Shown in pieces: positions 8,562-19,100 of a DNA stretch of 62,546 bases. How positions within the stretch are numbered: position 1 is the stretch's first letter; each line of letters begins with the position of its first letter. The stretch lies in IMG/VR virus record IMGVR_UViG_3300021962_000102, positions 1 to 62,546 of that record, one strand, 5' to 3'. Under the pieces are notes generated by a model that saw only the letters and a list, made by a program, of their open reading frames with translations, did not search any database and had not been told where the DNA came from. This DNA is from a virus (Duplodnaviria > Caudoviricetes). A program made the position numbers and the translations under genes.

Positions 8562-10985
8562 ATGGCTGAATCAGTTGTAAAAAGTTACTTTCCTAGTCAA
8601 ATAGCTAGCGATAGAGAAAAAGCCAGTTACGAGTATGGCTTAAACGTAGCTAAAGCTATAGAGCAAGAGTGGTTTAAAGTGGATTCTGGTGTAAACAGAT
8701 TCTACAACAACCAAAATGCATTTCACAGCCTTAGACTTTACGCTAGAGGAGAGCAACCTATCCAAAAGTATAAAGACGAATTGGCTATCAATGGTGATTT
8801 GTCTTACTTGAATCTAGACTGGAAACCAGTTCCCATTATTCCTAAGTTTGTTGACATCGTAGTTAACGGAATAGCTGAAAGAACTTTTGAAATCAAAGCT
8901 TTTTCTCAAGACCCGTACGGCGTTTCTAAGAGAACAGCATATATGGAGTCTATTCTCAGAGACATGCAGACTAGGGAACTATCTGAGTTTGCACAAGAAG
9001 CATTTGGAGTAAACCTATTTGAGAACAATAAAGACGAACTTCCAGAAACCAAAGAAGAACTAGAAGTTCATATGCAGCTTAATTACAAGCAAGCAATAGA
9101 AATAGCTGCTGAACAAGCTATAAACACGATATTTGAAGGTAGTAAGTATGAGAACATAAAGAAAAGAATATACTACGACCTTACGGTCCTTGGCATTGGT
9201 GTTTCTAAAGACGTGTTTACTAAGAGTGAAGGAATCAAAGTTGAGTATGTAGATCCTGCAAACTTTATTTATTCATACACTGAGTCTCCATACTTTGAAG
9301 ATATCTACTACGCTGGAGAAATAAAGTCTATACCCATCAACGAGCTTAAAAAGCAGTTTCCAGAACTTACTGATGATGACCTAAAAGAAATTATTGCTCA
9401 GGGTATACAAAACAACAGAGTTAGAAGTAGCGGCGTTAGCGGTCATAATGAGATCGACGCTAACACTGTTCAGATAATGTACTTCAACTTCAAGACTTAC
9501 GCGAACGAAGTTTACAAGGTAAAAGAAACAGCTACTGGAGCAAGTAAGATTATAATTAAAGACGACGCATTTAATCCTCCTGCAGATATTGCTGAGCAGT
9601 TCTCTAAACTGTCAAGATCTCTTGAGGTTCTTTACGAAGGTGTTTTTGTTGTTGGTACAGAAAAACTCCTTAAATGGGAGATGGCCAAGAACGTGCTTAG
9701 ACCAAAGAGCGATTACACGAAAGTCAAACTCAATTACAGCATCGTAGCTCCTAGAATGTATAAGGGTCGTATAGAGTCTCTAGTTTCGCGTATAACTGGA
9801 TTCGCTGACATGATTCAATTGACACACCTTAAACTGCAACAGGTACTGTCTAGACTTGTTCCAGATGGCATCTATCTTGATGTTGATGGACTTGCTGAAA
9901 TCGATCTTGGAAACGGAACCAACTACAACCCGCAGGAAGCGCTTAATATGTTCTTCCAAACCGGTAGTATCGTAGGTCGTTCATTTACGTCAGATGGCGA
10001 TATGAACCCAGGTAAAGTTCCGATTCAAGAAATAACATCTGGATCTGGCGGAAATAAGATTCCTCAACTCATTAGTACGTATAATTATTACTTACAAATG
10101 ATAAGAGACGTCACTGGCCTCAACGAAGCAAGAGATGGTTCTACTCCAGATGCTAAAGCTTTAGTTGGTGTTCAGAAGTTAGCTGCTGCAAATTCAAACA
10201 CCGCAACCAGACATATTCTACAAGCTGGATTATTTATCACTTCTGACCTTGCCGAGAAAATAGCATTGAGAATATCAGACGTACTTGAGTACTCTCCTAC
10301 TAGGGAAGCTTTTGTTCAGGCTATAGGTGCTCACAATGTAGCTACGATGGATGAGATTTCTAATCTACATTTGCATGACTTTGGTATCTTTATAGATATA
10401 ATGCCAGACGCAGAAGAGAAACAAATGCTTGAGAATAACATTCAAGTTGCGCTAGCACAGCAGACTATAGACCTTGAAGATGCTATTGACATCAGAGAGG
10501 TTAAAAATATTAAGCTTGCTAACCAACTGTTGAAGATTAGAAGAAAGCGTAAACTTCAGCGCGATCAAATGATTACTCAGCAGAATATTCAAGCTCAAGC
10601 ACAGGCCAATGCGCAAACACAACAAGCCGTAGCTATTGCAGAGTCTCAGAAGATACAAGTTGAAACTGGAAGTAAAATCCAACTTGAACAAATGAAGTCA
10701 TCGCTTGCTTCTAAGAGATTAATGGAAGAAAAGCAGGCTAAGAAAGAGTTAATGCAATTTGAGTTTGAATTAAATATGAAACTCAAGCAAATGGAAGCTG
10801 GAGTTTATAAAGAAAAGGAGTCTTTTAAAGAAGATAGAAAAGACGACAGAGCGAAAATGCAAGCTTCACAACAGAGCCAGTTGATAGAGCAAAGAATGAC
10901 TGGTGGTGAGGCTAAAGATTTTGAATCAGCTGGTAATGACATAATTAGCGGTGATTTCAAATTAGGTTCATTTGAACCCAAGTGA
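8562..10985 (+). CDS. portal protein
   Basis: 807 aa, directly after TerL, helical, Q-rich coiled-coil C-terminus. Confidence 0.8.
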   Translation: MAESVVKSYFPSQIASDREKASYEYGLNVAKAIEQEWFKVDSGVNRFYNNQNAFHSLRLYARGEQPIQKYKDELAINGDLSYLNLDWKPVPIIPKFVDIVVNGIAERTFEIKAFSQDPYGVSKRTAYMESILRDMQTRELSEFAQEAFGVNLFENNKDELPETKEELEVHMQLNYKQAIEIAAEQAINTIFEGSKYENIKKRIYYDLTVLGIGVSKDVFTKSEGIKVEYVDPANFIYSYTESPYFEDIYYAGEIKSIPINELKKQFPELTDDDLKEIIAQGIQNNRVRSSGVSGHNEIDANTVQIMYFNFKTYANEVYKVKETATGASKIIIKDDAFNPPADIAEQFSKLSRSLEVLYEGVFVVGTEKLLKWEMAKNVLRPKSDYTKVKLNYSIVAPRMYKGRIESLVSRITGFADMIQLTHLKLQQVLSRLVPDGIYLDVDGLAEIDLGNGTNYNPQEALNMFFQTGSIVGRSFTSDGDMNPGKVPIQEITSGSGGNKIPQLISTYNYYLQMIRDVTGLNEARDGSTPDAKALVGVQKLAAANSNTATRHILQAGLFITSDLAEKIALRISDVLEYSPTREAFVQAIGAHNVATMDEISNLHLHDFGIFIDIMPDAEEKQMLENNIQVALAQQTIDLEDAIDIREVKNIKLANQLLKIRRKRKLQRDQMITQQNIQAQAQANAQTQQAVAIAESQKIQVETGSKIQLEQMKSSLASKRLMEEKQAKKELMQFEFELNMKLKQMEAGVYKEKESFKEDRKDDRAKMQASQQSQLIEQRMTGGEAKDFESAGNDIISGDFKLGSFEPK

Positions 10986-11020
10986 TATAATAATTATACA
11001 ATTTTTTAATATTTTATTTT

Positions 11021-12181
11021 ATGAACGAAGAAATTCAAAGAGATGATGCCAAATCCGATGATGGCGTTATACGCGTATTTATCCCATCAAACAAACAAGC
11101 AGATGAAATCAAAGACGAAACCTTGCGGGTGCAGCCCGATGAAGATGTGCAGCAAGCACAGCCCAGCGAAGATGGGAACGAAGAGCCCGGCGAAGATGTA
11201 CAACACCAAGAGCAGCCCGGCGAAGAAAGTAGGAATGAGGAACAAGGCCTGCTAGAAGAGGTAATCGATCTCCCTGCACAAGAGGAAGCTCAACCCGAGG
11301 AGTATCAATTATCTAAAGAGACTCAAGAAGAGCAAAAGCCAGAAAATAAAATTGAGTTACCAGAGAACATTGAAAAACTGGTAAACTTCATAAATGAAAC
11401 TGGTGGAACTATTGAGGACTATGTACTACTGAATCGCGATGTTGATTCACTTAACGAGTCCCAACTTATAAAAGAATACTATAAGCAAACAAAACCTCAT
11501 CTTAACGACGAGGAAATTCAGTTTCTTATAGAGGATCGATTCAGCTACGATGAAACACTCGATGATGAAATCGACATTAAAAGAAAGAAGTTAGCTTTCA
11601 AAGAAGAAGCTAGCTCGGCGAAGAAGCATCTTTCTAATATGAAAGATCGCTACTACGCTGAATTGAAGGCCGGTTCTAGATTAACTCAGGACCAACAAAA
11701 GGCAGTCGATTTCTTTAACCGTTATAACAAAGAGCAAGAGAGTGTAGCTAAGATTTCTGAACAACAGAAAAATGTATTTCTCAAGAAGACTGATGAGGTC
11801 TTCTCTAACGATTTCAAAGGTTTTGAATATGGCGTTGGCGATAAGAAATACAGATTCAATGTAAAGAATCCGAACGAAATCAAGAACTCCCAGAGCGACA
11901 TTAATAACTTCGTTAGAAAGTTTCTAAATAAAGAGAACGTTATTGAAGATGCTAAGGGATACCACAAGGCTTTGTTCACCGCTATGAACGCTGACGCTAT
12001 AGCTAATCACTTCTATGAGCAAGGAAAAGCTGATGCAATCAAAGAAAGCATCGCTAAGTCCAAGAACGTGGACATGCAGCCAAGAAGCCAACACGAGGGA
12101 GTATCTCAAGTTGGAGGAGTGCAAGTCCGTGCTGTCTCAGGTGATAGCAGCTCTAGGCTTCGAGTTAAGTTCAATAAATAA
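11021..12181 (+). CDS. capsid scaffolding protein
   Basis: Acidic disordered N-terminus, lies between portal and capsid genes. Confidence 0.65.
   Translation: MNEEIQRDDAKSDDGVIRVFIPSNKQADEIKDETLRVQPDEDVQQAQPSEDGNEEPGEDVQHQEQPGEESRNEEQGLLEEVIDLPAQEEAQPEEYQLSKETQEEQKPENKIELPENIEKLVNFINETGGTIEDYVLLNRDVDSLNESQLIKEYYKQTKPHLNDEEIQFLIEDRFSYDETLDDEIDIKRKKLAFKEEASSAKKHLSNMKDRYYAELKAGSRLTQDQQKAVDFFNRYNKEQESVAKISEQQKNVFLKKTDEVFSNDFKGFEYGVGDKKYRFNVKNPNEIKNSQSDINNFVRKFLNKENVIEDAKGYHKALFTAMNADAIANHFYEQGKADAIKESIAKSKNVDMQPRSQHEGVSQVGGVQVRAVSGDSSSRLRVKFNK
11103..11255 (+). CDS. overprinted small basic SPAKM-repeat protein (+1 frame of the scaffold gene)
   Basis: MKSKTKPCGCSPMKM..SPAKM..SPAKM..SPAKK; motif shared with ORF 57325..58788; A-rich leader. 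Confidence 0.5.
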   Translation: MKSKTKPCGCSPMKMCSKHSPAKMGTKSPAKMYNTKSSPAKKVGMRNKAC

Positions 12182-12205
12182 TAATAAACTCTAAAACATA
12201 TTACT

Positions 12206-13621
12206 ATGAGTTTTGTAAATGGTGGAGCATACCCTGCTGGGCTTACTCCTTCTCCCACTAAAACCCTTTTCGATAAGAACTACCTTTCGATTGGAGACAA
12301 TGATTTCAACTTCACGAAGCAATTCCTTCCTGAAGTATACGAAAAAGAAGTAGAGCGTTACGGTAACCGTACGGTTTCTGCTTTCTTGCGTATGGTTGGT
12401 GCTGAAATGCCTATGGCCTCTGACGAGGTTGTATGGACTGAGCAGGGCCGTCTTCACGTAGCATACGACGACGCTGTCATTGCTACCGTTAACGACAACA
12501 CCGACAACACGATCACTATTGCTAACCACGCTATCCGTGCTAACCAAACGATCGTTGTTGCAAAAGGTTACGATACCGTTCGTGCTTTTGTTAAGAGTGT
12601 TACCACCAACTCTATTGAGGCTTTCCCGTACGATGCTGCCACTTGGCCTGCTTCTTTCGTAGCCGCTGGCACGAATCCCGATTTGAAGGTTTTCGTATTC
12701 GGTTCTGAATTCGGTAAAGGTTCTGCTGGTATGCAGGGTTCTATTGACTCTGGTTTCCAGAAGTTCAGCAATAGCCCCATCATCATCAAGGACAAGTACA
12801 GCATCAACGGTTCTGACACTGCTCAGATCGGTTGGGTTGAGGTTACGTCTGAGCTTGGTACTTCTGGCTACCTGTGGTACCTGAAGTCAGAGCACGAGAC
12901 TCGCCTTCGTTTCGAGGACTACCTTGAGATGACGATGGTTGAAGCTGAAAAAGCTGCCGTTTCTATCACTGACGCTTCTTCTGCTACGGTTCGTGGTACG
13001 GAAGGTCTTTTCGCTGCCATTGAGTCTCGCGGTCTGGTATTCAACGACCACGACTTCAACAACTCAACTGGTCTTAACGGTCTTGCTGAGTTCGACCTTA
13101 TCCTTAAGGAGCTTGACAAGCAAGGTGCTATCGAAGAGAACATGCTGTTCCTGAACAGAGGTACTTCTTTGGCTATCGACAACATGCTTGCTCGCGCTAA
13201 CAGCTACGGTACTGGTGGTACTTCTTACGGAGTATTCAACAACTCAGCTGATATGGCTTTGAACCTTGGTTTCTCTGGTTTCCGTCGTGGTTCTTACGAC
13301 TTCTACAAAACCGACTGGAAATACTTGAACGATGCTGCTACTCGCGGTCTTACCGCTGACATCGACGGCGTACTCGTTCCTGCTGGTGTTTCTACGGTTT
13401 ACGACCAAACCCTTGGTAAGAACATCCAACGTCCGTTCTTGCACGTTCGCTACCGCGCTTCTGAAGCCGACGACCGTCGCATGAAGTCTTGGATCACTGG
13501 TTCTGTTGGTGGTAACTACACCAGCGACATCGACGAGATGAACGTTCACATGCTTTCTGAGCGCTGCTTGTGCGTTCAGGGTGCCAACAACTTCATCCTG
13601 TTCAAGCAAACCGCTGCCTAA
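12206..13621 (+). CDS. major capsid protein
   Basis: 471 aa after the scaffold; strongest high-expression codon bias; followed by a hairpin. Confidence 0.85.
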   Translation: MSFVNGGAYPAGLTPSPTKTLFDKNYLSIGDNDFNFTKQFLPEVYEKEVERYGNRTVSAFLRMVGAEMPMASDEVVWTEQGRLHVAYDDAVIATVNDNTDNTITIANHAIRANQTIVVAKGYDTVRAFVKSVTTNSIEAFPYDAATWPASFVAAGTNPDLKVFVFGSEFGKGSAGMQGSIDSGFQKFSNSPIIIKDKYSINGSDTAQIGWVEVTSELGTSGYLWYLKSEHETRLRFEDYLEMTMVEAEKAAVSITDASSATVRGTEGLFAAIESRGLVFNDHDFNNSTGLNGLAEFDLILKELDKQGAIEENMLFLNRGTSLAIDNMLARANSYGTGGTSYGVFNNSADMALNLGFSGFRRGSYDFYKTDWKYLNDAATRGLTADIDGVLVPAGVSTVYDQTLGKNIQRPFLHVRYRASEADDRRMKSWITGSVGGNYTSDIDEMNVHMLSERCLCVQGANNFILFKQTAA

Positions 13622-13636
13622 TAGCAGTTTAGTTTA

Positions 13637-13671
13637 GGGGGCACCCCGGTGTATGGCCGGGGTCGCTTCCC
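13637..13671 (+). terminator. GC-rich hairpin after the capsid gene
   Basis: ACCCCGG/CCGGGGT stem; weak U tract. Confidence 0.45.
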
Positions 13672-13700
13672 TTCTAAAAATTCTTATATTTTATAAAATC

Positions 13701-14474
13701 ATGACAAAAGAGAAAAAGGTGTCCAGTAGCCTCGAAAAAGACTGGGAAATTAAAGACAGAGTATACTTTCTTATTTCTAGAAAAAAGCCGATCATTATGA
13801 CTGTTCCGGCTAGACACACTGAAAAAAGACCATTGCTTTGGTTTGATAACGATTTAGGTTACGAAAGAGAACTTCGTTATGCTACAAACCAAGCTTCTCC
13901 TTTCGTTGACGAACAAGAAGGTCCAGTTACACTTGAGCACATTGTTTTCAGAGATGGAACATTGTTTGTGCCTAGAAATAAGCAAGCACTCCAAAAATTA
14001 CTTTCACTCTACCACCCCCTTAGAAACGGTGTGTACCAAGAGTTTGATGCAGTACAAGAAGCTGTTGATGAACTTGATGTGATTGAATTGGAAATTGAAG
14101 CACTCAACGCCGCTAACAACATGGAGGTTGACGTTGCTGAAGCAATCCTACGCGTAGAACTAGGCTCTAGAGTTGCTACGATGACATCTAAGGAGATTAA
14201 GCGCGATCTGTTGATCTACGCGCGTAGAAATCCAAAGACGTTCTTAGATCTTGCAAAAGACGAAAATGTTCAAATAAGAAATTTCGGAATTAAAGCTGTT
14301 GAAAATGGTATCATTAAGCTTGATGACGATCAGAGAACATTTAAATGGGCAACCAACGGACGTAAGTTAATGACTGTACCCTTTGATGAAAACCCATACT
14401 CTGCACTAGCGGCATTCTTCAAGACTGACGAAGGTGTTGAGATCTATCAGAATATAGAAAAGAGACTTAAATAA
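13701..14474 (+). CDS. hypothetical morphogenesis-module protein
   Basis: ATG 13701 after an A-rich leader; between capsid and tail genes. Confidence 0.65.
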   Translation: MTKEKKVSSSLEKDWEIKDRVYFLISRKKPIIMTVPARHTEKRPLLWFDNDLGYERELRYATNQASPFVDEQEGPVTLEHIVFRDGTLFVPRNKQALQKLLSLYHPLRNGVYQEFDAVQEAVDELDVIELEIEALNAANNMEVDVAEAILRVELGSRVATMTSKEIKRDLLIYARRNPKTFLDLAKDENVQIRNFGIKAVENGIIKLDDDQRTFKWATNGRKLMTVPFDENPYSALAAFFKTDEGVEIYQNIEKRLK

Positions 14475-14481
14475 TCACCGT

Positions 14482-14518
14482 GGTAAAAGGGTCACCAGCT
14501 ACGGTGGCCCTTTTTACC
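14482..14518 (+). terminator. intrinsic terminator
   Basis: AAAAGGGTCACC-agctac-GGTGGCCCTTTTT. Confidence 0.7.
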
Positions 14519-14534
14519 TTTAACAACAAACGAA

Positions 14535-15233
14535 ATGGCAGTTAGCGTTGATACAGTTTATCAGAGAGTATTAGCTATTCTCAACAAAGAACAACGGGGA
14601 TATGTTACCCCAGAAGAATTCAATTTGTTCGCTAACCAAGCGCAGTTAGATATATTTGAACAATATTTCTACGATATAAACCAATTCGGAAGACTACACG
14701 GAAACGATACAGAGTATTCTGACATGCTTAATATTCTTAATGAGAAAATAAGCGTTTTTGAAAAAGAAATAAATCTAGTTAGATCTGGTAACTTTTACCT
14801 TGTTCCAAGTGATTTATATAGGGTAGGAACGGTAATACTAGTTGATAACAACAAAGAAGTAGAGAGGGTAAATAAAAACGAGTACCTATACTACAACTCT
14901 TCACCCTTAACCAAACCAAAGGATACTAGACCTATATACATAAAAGATATAAATGGATTTAAGGTATTTGGTTCCTCAGAAATAGTATTAGCAAATAAGG
15001 TTAGATTAAACTACATTAAAAAACCAGCTAAAGTCGTTTGGAACTACGAAACAGTATTTGGTTATGCTCAATACGCTGCAACTGGTAGTTCTGATTTTGA
15101 GTTGCATCCATCAGAAGAAACTGAATTAGTAATAAAGATTCTAGCCCTCTGTGGACTTATATTGAAAGATCCGTCTGTTTATCAGATAGCAACTGGCGAA
15201 GAAGTTAGAAATAGTAACGAAGAAAAAGCTTAA
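14535..15233 (+). CDS. tail adaptor/ring protein
   Basis: Position and size; LNK..RGY.TP.EFN and YIKKP motifs of Bacteroidota podophage ring proteins. Confidence 0.6.
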   Translation: MAVSVDTVYQRVLAILNKEQRGYVTPEEFNLFANQAQLDIFEQYFYDINQFGRLHGNDTEYSDMLNILNEKISVFEKEINLVRSGNFYLVPSDLYRVGTVILVDNNKEVERVNKNEYLYYNSSPLTKPKDTRPIYIKDINGFKVFGSSEIVLANKVRLNYIKKPAKVVWNYETVFGYAQYAATGSSDFELHPSEETELVIKILALCGLILKDPSVYQIATGEEVRNSNEEKA

Positions 15234-15235
15234 AA

Positions 15236-16108
15236 ATGGGTTTATTCAACACGACCGAACACCTTTACTATAATGGTAGTGAATTTGGTGGTTATCAATT
15301 TATAAGCATTGATGACTTGATAAACAATTTTATCATTGCCTACGTTGGTGAGGATAAGATGATTAGCAAGATCAAGAGAACTGATGTTGCTTTCCACGCA
15401 CAAAGGGCTCTTCAAGAACTTAGCTACGATGTTCTTCGTTCTGAAAAATCTCAAGAAATAGAAGTTAGCTCAGCGCTAACTATGGTGCTTCCACACGATT
15501 ATGTCAATTACGTTAAACTAACTTGGTTAGACGACAATGGCATTGAAAGAATTATATACCCAGCTCAGAAGAGTTCTAACCCAGCTGCCATAATTCAAGA
15601 TAGTAATTACAATTACACCACAGACGGTACAAATCTTCTATACGCTCAGAATTCAAATACTTGGGATAAGTTTAAAAGCAATAACCAAGGAAACCAAGAC
15701 GATGTGTCTGCAGATAAGGACACCACGTTTAACTTGGCATTTGGTCAGAGATATGGCATAGAACCCCAACACGCTCAAAGCAACGGTACTTTCTTTATTG
15801 ATCCGATAAAATCAACTATATACTTTAGTTCTGATTTGTCTGGTAAAACCATAACTCTTAAATACATAAGTGATGGCGTTGCCCTTGATGGAGAAATGCA
15901 AGTACATAAGTTTGCTGAGGAAGCAGTTTACAAACACATAGCGCATGCCATTGTATCTACTAGAGCAAACATGCCTGAATATGTTATACAAAGACTTAAG
16001 AGAGAGCGTTTCGCTGCGTTTAGAACCGCGAAAATAAGACTTTCAAATATTAAACTTGAGGAAATAGCTCAAGTTATGAGGGGTAAATCAAAGCACATAA
16101 AGCACTAA
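15236..16108 (+). CDS. tail adaptor/ring protein 2
   Basis: LPHDYVNYVKL motif; position in the tail module. Confidence 0.6.
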   Translation: MGLFNTTEHLYYNGSEFGGYQFISIDDLINNFIIAYVGEDKMISKIKRTDVAFHAQRALQELSYDVLRSEKSQEIEVSSALTMVLPHDYVNYVKLTWLDDNGIERIIYPAQKSSNPAAIIQDSNYNYTTDGTNLLYAQNSNTWDKFKSNNQGNQDDVSADKDTTFNLAFGQRYGIEPQHAQSNGTFFIDPIKSTIYFSSDLSGKTITLKYISDGVALDGEMQVHKFAEEAVYKHIAHAIVSTRANMPEYVIQRLKRERFAAFRTAKIRLSNIKLEEIAQVMRGKSKHIKH

Positions 16109-16111
16109 GGT

Positions 16112-19100
16112 ATGCCAGAATTAAAGCGCGTGTTCACTTCGGGTAAAATGAACAAAGATCTTGACGAAAGACTTGTTCCACCTGGAGAATATAGAGATGC
16201 ATTAAATATACAAGTATCTAGCTCTGAAGGTTCTGACGTTGGAGCTGTAGAAAATATATTAGGTAACACTAAGAGAAATGTTAGGTCAGCAGTTGGACAA
16301 ACTGTTTGGCCTAGTGCTTTTGGTATTAATGGCACGTGCATTGGTTCAATAAGAGTTGACCAAGAAGAAAAAATATATTGGTTTATATCTGGTGTAACGG
16401 CAGATGCTATTGTAGAATACGATCAGCAGACAAACCAAGTTGCTCCTATACTAGTAGACAAGAACAGTATATTAAACTTTGATTCGTCAAAACTTATAAC
16501 TGGTATTAACTACCTTGAGGGTATGTTGATTTGGACTGACGACAACTACGAGCCAAAGAAAATAAATATATCTAGATTTAAATCTGGCAGCATTGACTTT
16601 AATACGCATACTGAAGTTTACGGAAGACCATTTATAAACCAAGACATAACTGTTATAAAAAGAAACCCTAGAGGAGTTCTTGGTGTTTCAATGAGCAGCA
16701 CACGAAAGGTTTTTCCAGAAACTGGCTGTGGTATATATCCAGTTTATACTGATTTTAATTTTACAGACGACGCTGGAGCTGGATTTTTTGTAGTAAAACC
16801 AGTTGGTTCTTCTGTCACGTTCACTACAGATGCTAGTGCAAACTGGGCAATAGGAGATGTAATATCATTGTCTGCTAGCGAACTAAATGATGAAAACTTT
16901 GAAGATGAGTTTGCCGTAAGAATAGAAGTAACTGCAAAGTCTGGAACTACTGTAACTGGTGATATTATAACGATATCTAGCAACATATTAGATCAAACAT
17001 ACACTTGGACCTGCATTTTAGAAGAAGAGCGTCCTATGTTTGAATTTAAATTCCCAAGATTTGCTTATAGGTGGAAATACATAGACGGAGAATATTCTAC
17101 GTTTTCACCGTTTACTGATGTTGTATTCCTTCCAAATAACTTCATATACAAATCATCCGACGCGTACAACGAGGGGATGACTAATAACATTCGCTCACTA
17201 ACATTGAATCTACAAGCAAAGTTGGGCGATACGGTTACATTAGACGATGTTCCAGACGACGTAGTAGAAATAGATATACTTTACAAAGAGTCAAATAGCA
17301 CTGTTGTATATAAGGTTGACTCAGTGCCAGTAACTCAAACATCTTACGCTATAACGTCTGAATTGATTGGTAATGTTATTTCAGCTAATCAATTGTTAAG
17401 ACCTTGGGATAACGTTCCTAGAAAAGCGAAAGCACAAGAAGTAATAGGTAATAGAATAGTTTACGGAAACTACGTACAGAACTATAACGGACCAAGCAAT
17501 GTTGATATAACGACTAGTTTGACGTCTAGTTCTGTTATACCTGGAACTCCTAAAAAGTCTATAAAGACGATGCGCTCGTACCAACTTGGTGTTGTATATG
17601 GAGATGAATTTGGTAGAGAAGCACCCGTCGTCACTGGCGCTGGTGGTTCTGTTACTGTAAATAAAGATTTATCTGATAACGCGCCTAGACTTAGTGCTAT
17701 AATAGAATCAACACCCCCAGCTTGGGCATCATACTTTAAATACTTTATAAAAGATACGTCTAATCAATATTACAACCTAGCGTTAGACAGATTCTACAAG
17801 GCCGACAGTGGTGGCGTTTGGTTATCTTTTCCAAGTGCAGAGAGAAGCAAAGTATCTATTGGAGATTATATATTACTGAAAAAAGAACATAATTCTTCTC
17901 TACCTGTAGATAAAGACGTAAGATATAGAGTTCTTGACATAAGTAATGAAGCTCCAACTGATGTTGTTGTTAAAAGAACATTTGAAGTTGGAAGCAAAGT
18001 AAATAAGGCAAGTGGTTCTAATCCAATGGGTGAAGATGTTATATCTTTTAGATTTAATGGCCCAACTCAAGTACAGAACACTAAGTTTTTTGAGGTTTGG
18101 AATGGTTCTGTTATAGTTAGATTCTGGAAAGGAAGTAATGTAACTGATTTTTACGAAATAGAATCTGGAGGATTCACAGGTGCAACCACGACTGAATACA
18201 GTGTTACGTTAAAAGAAAAACTTGGTGCAGACGCTGCTTGGATGGATACACTTGCCGCCGCAGATGAATTCAATGTTCAAGTTTATATAAACAAATACGT
18301 TTATAAAAAAGAGTATCAAGGCAAATTCTTTGTTAAAATAAATAGAGATCCATACTTTGATGAGTATATCATTAATCCATTAACCCAAATTTCTGGAACA
18401 TATAATAGAACTTTCGGTTCTATATTTATAGAAGATGCTCACCTTGATGATCCAACAGATACAATTAAAGAGCCTTCTGACTTTGCTTGGGGTGAGTTTG
18501 GAACCACAAATGAACCAGGAAAACCAAACCAAGGAAGCGCTAGTTTCTTTATATCATACGCACCCCACTCTAGTGGTGTTTCCGGTGGTAATATTGTTAC
18601 TACGGCATTGACTTCTGGAAAATCTTGGTTTGACACTGGTCTTGTTCCGGGAAGATTTATAAAGTTCATTAACGACCCTTCTCAAACTTATTATGAGATA
18701 GGTAACGTTTCAACTGTTTCTCAAGCTAGATTAGGAACTTCATTTCCATTTGGTTCAGACGACGCAGAACTTGTTAAGACTATAACTCTAACTGAGCAAA
18801 TAACAAATGACCCAGACTCTTGGGTTGATGCAGACTTTGAAATATTCATCAAGTCTACCGACTTTGAGGATATATTAGATTCTGATAATGTTATTATTAG
18901 TTCTTCTAATCCAGCTATATTTGAGACCGAACCAAAAGAAGCTGTTGATCTAGATATATACTACGAGGTTGGCGCTGCTTTTCCAATAAACAAACACGGC
19001 CTGCAGAATAATCTTGATTGGTTCAACTGTTTTGGTTTTGGAAACGGTGTTGAGTCAAACAGAATAAGAGACGACTTTAACGCCGTAACCATAGATAAAG

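Noticed and set aside
12191-13609. Antisense ORFs over the capsid gene, and similar ones over nrdA, groEL and the giant gene
   Set aside because: Shadow frames of codon-biased genes, with no motifs or start context.
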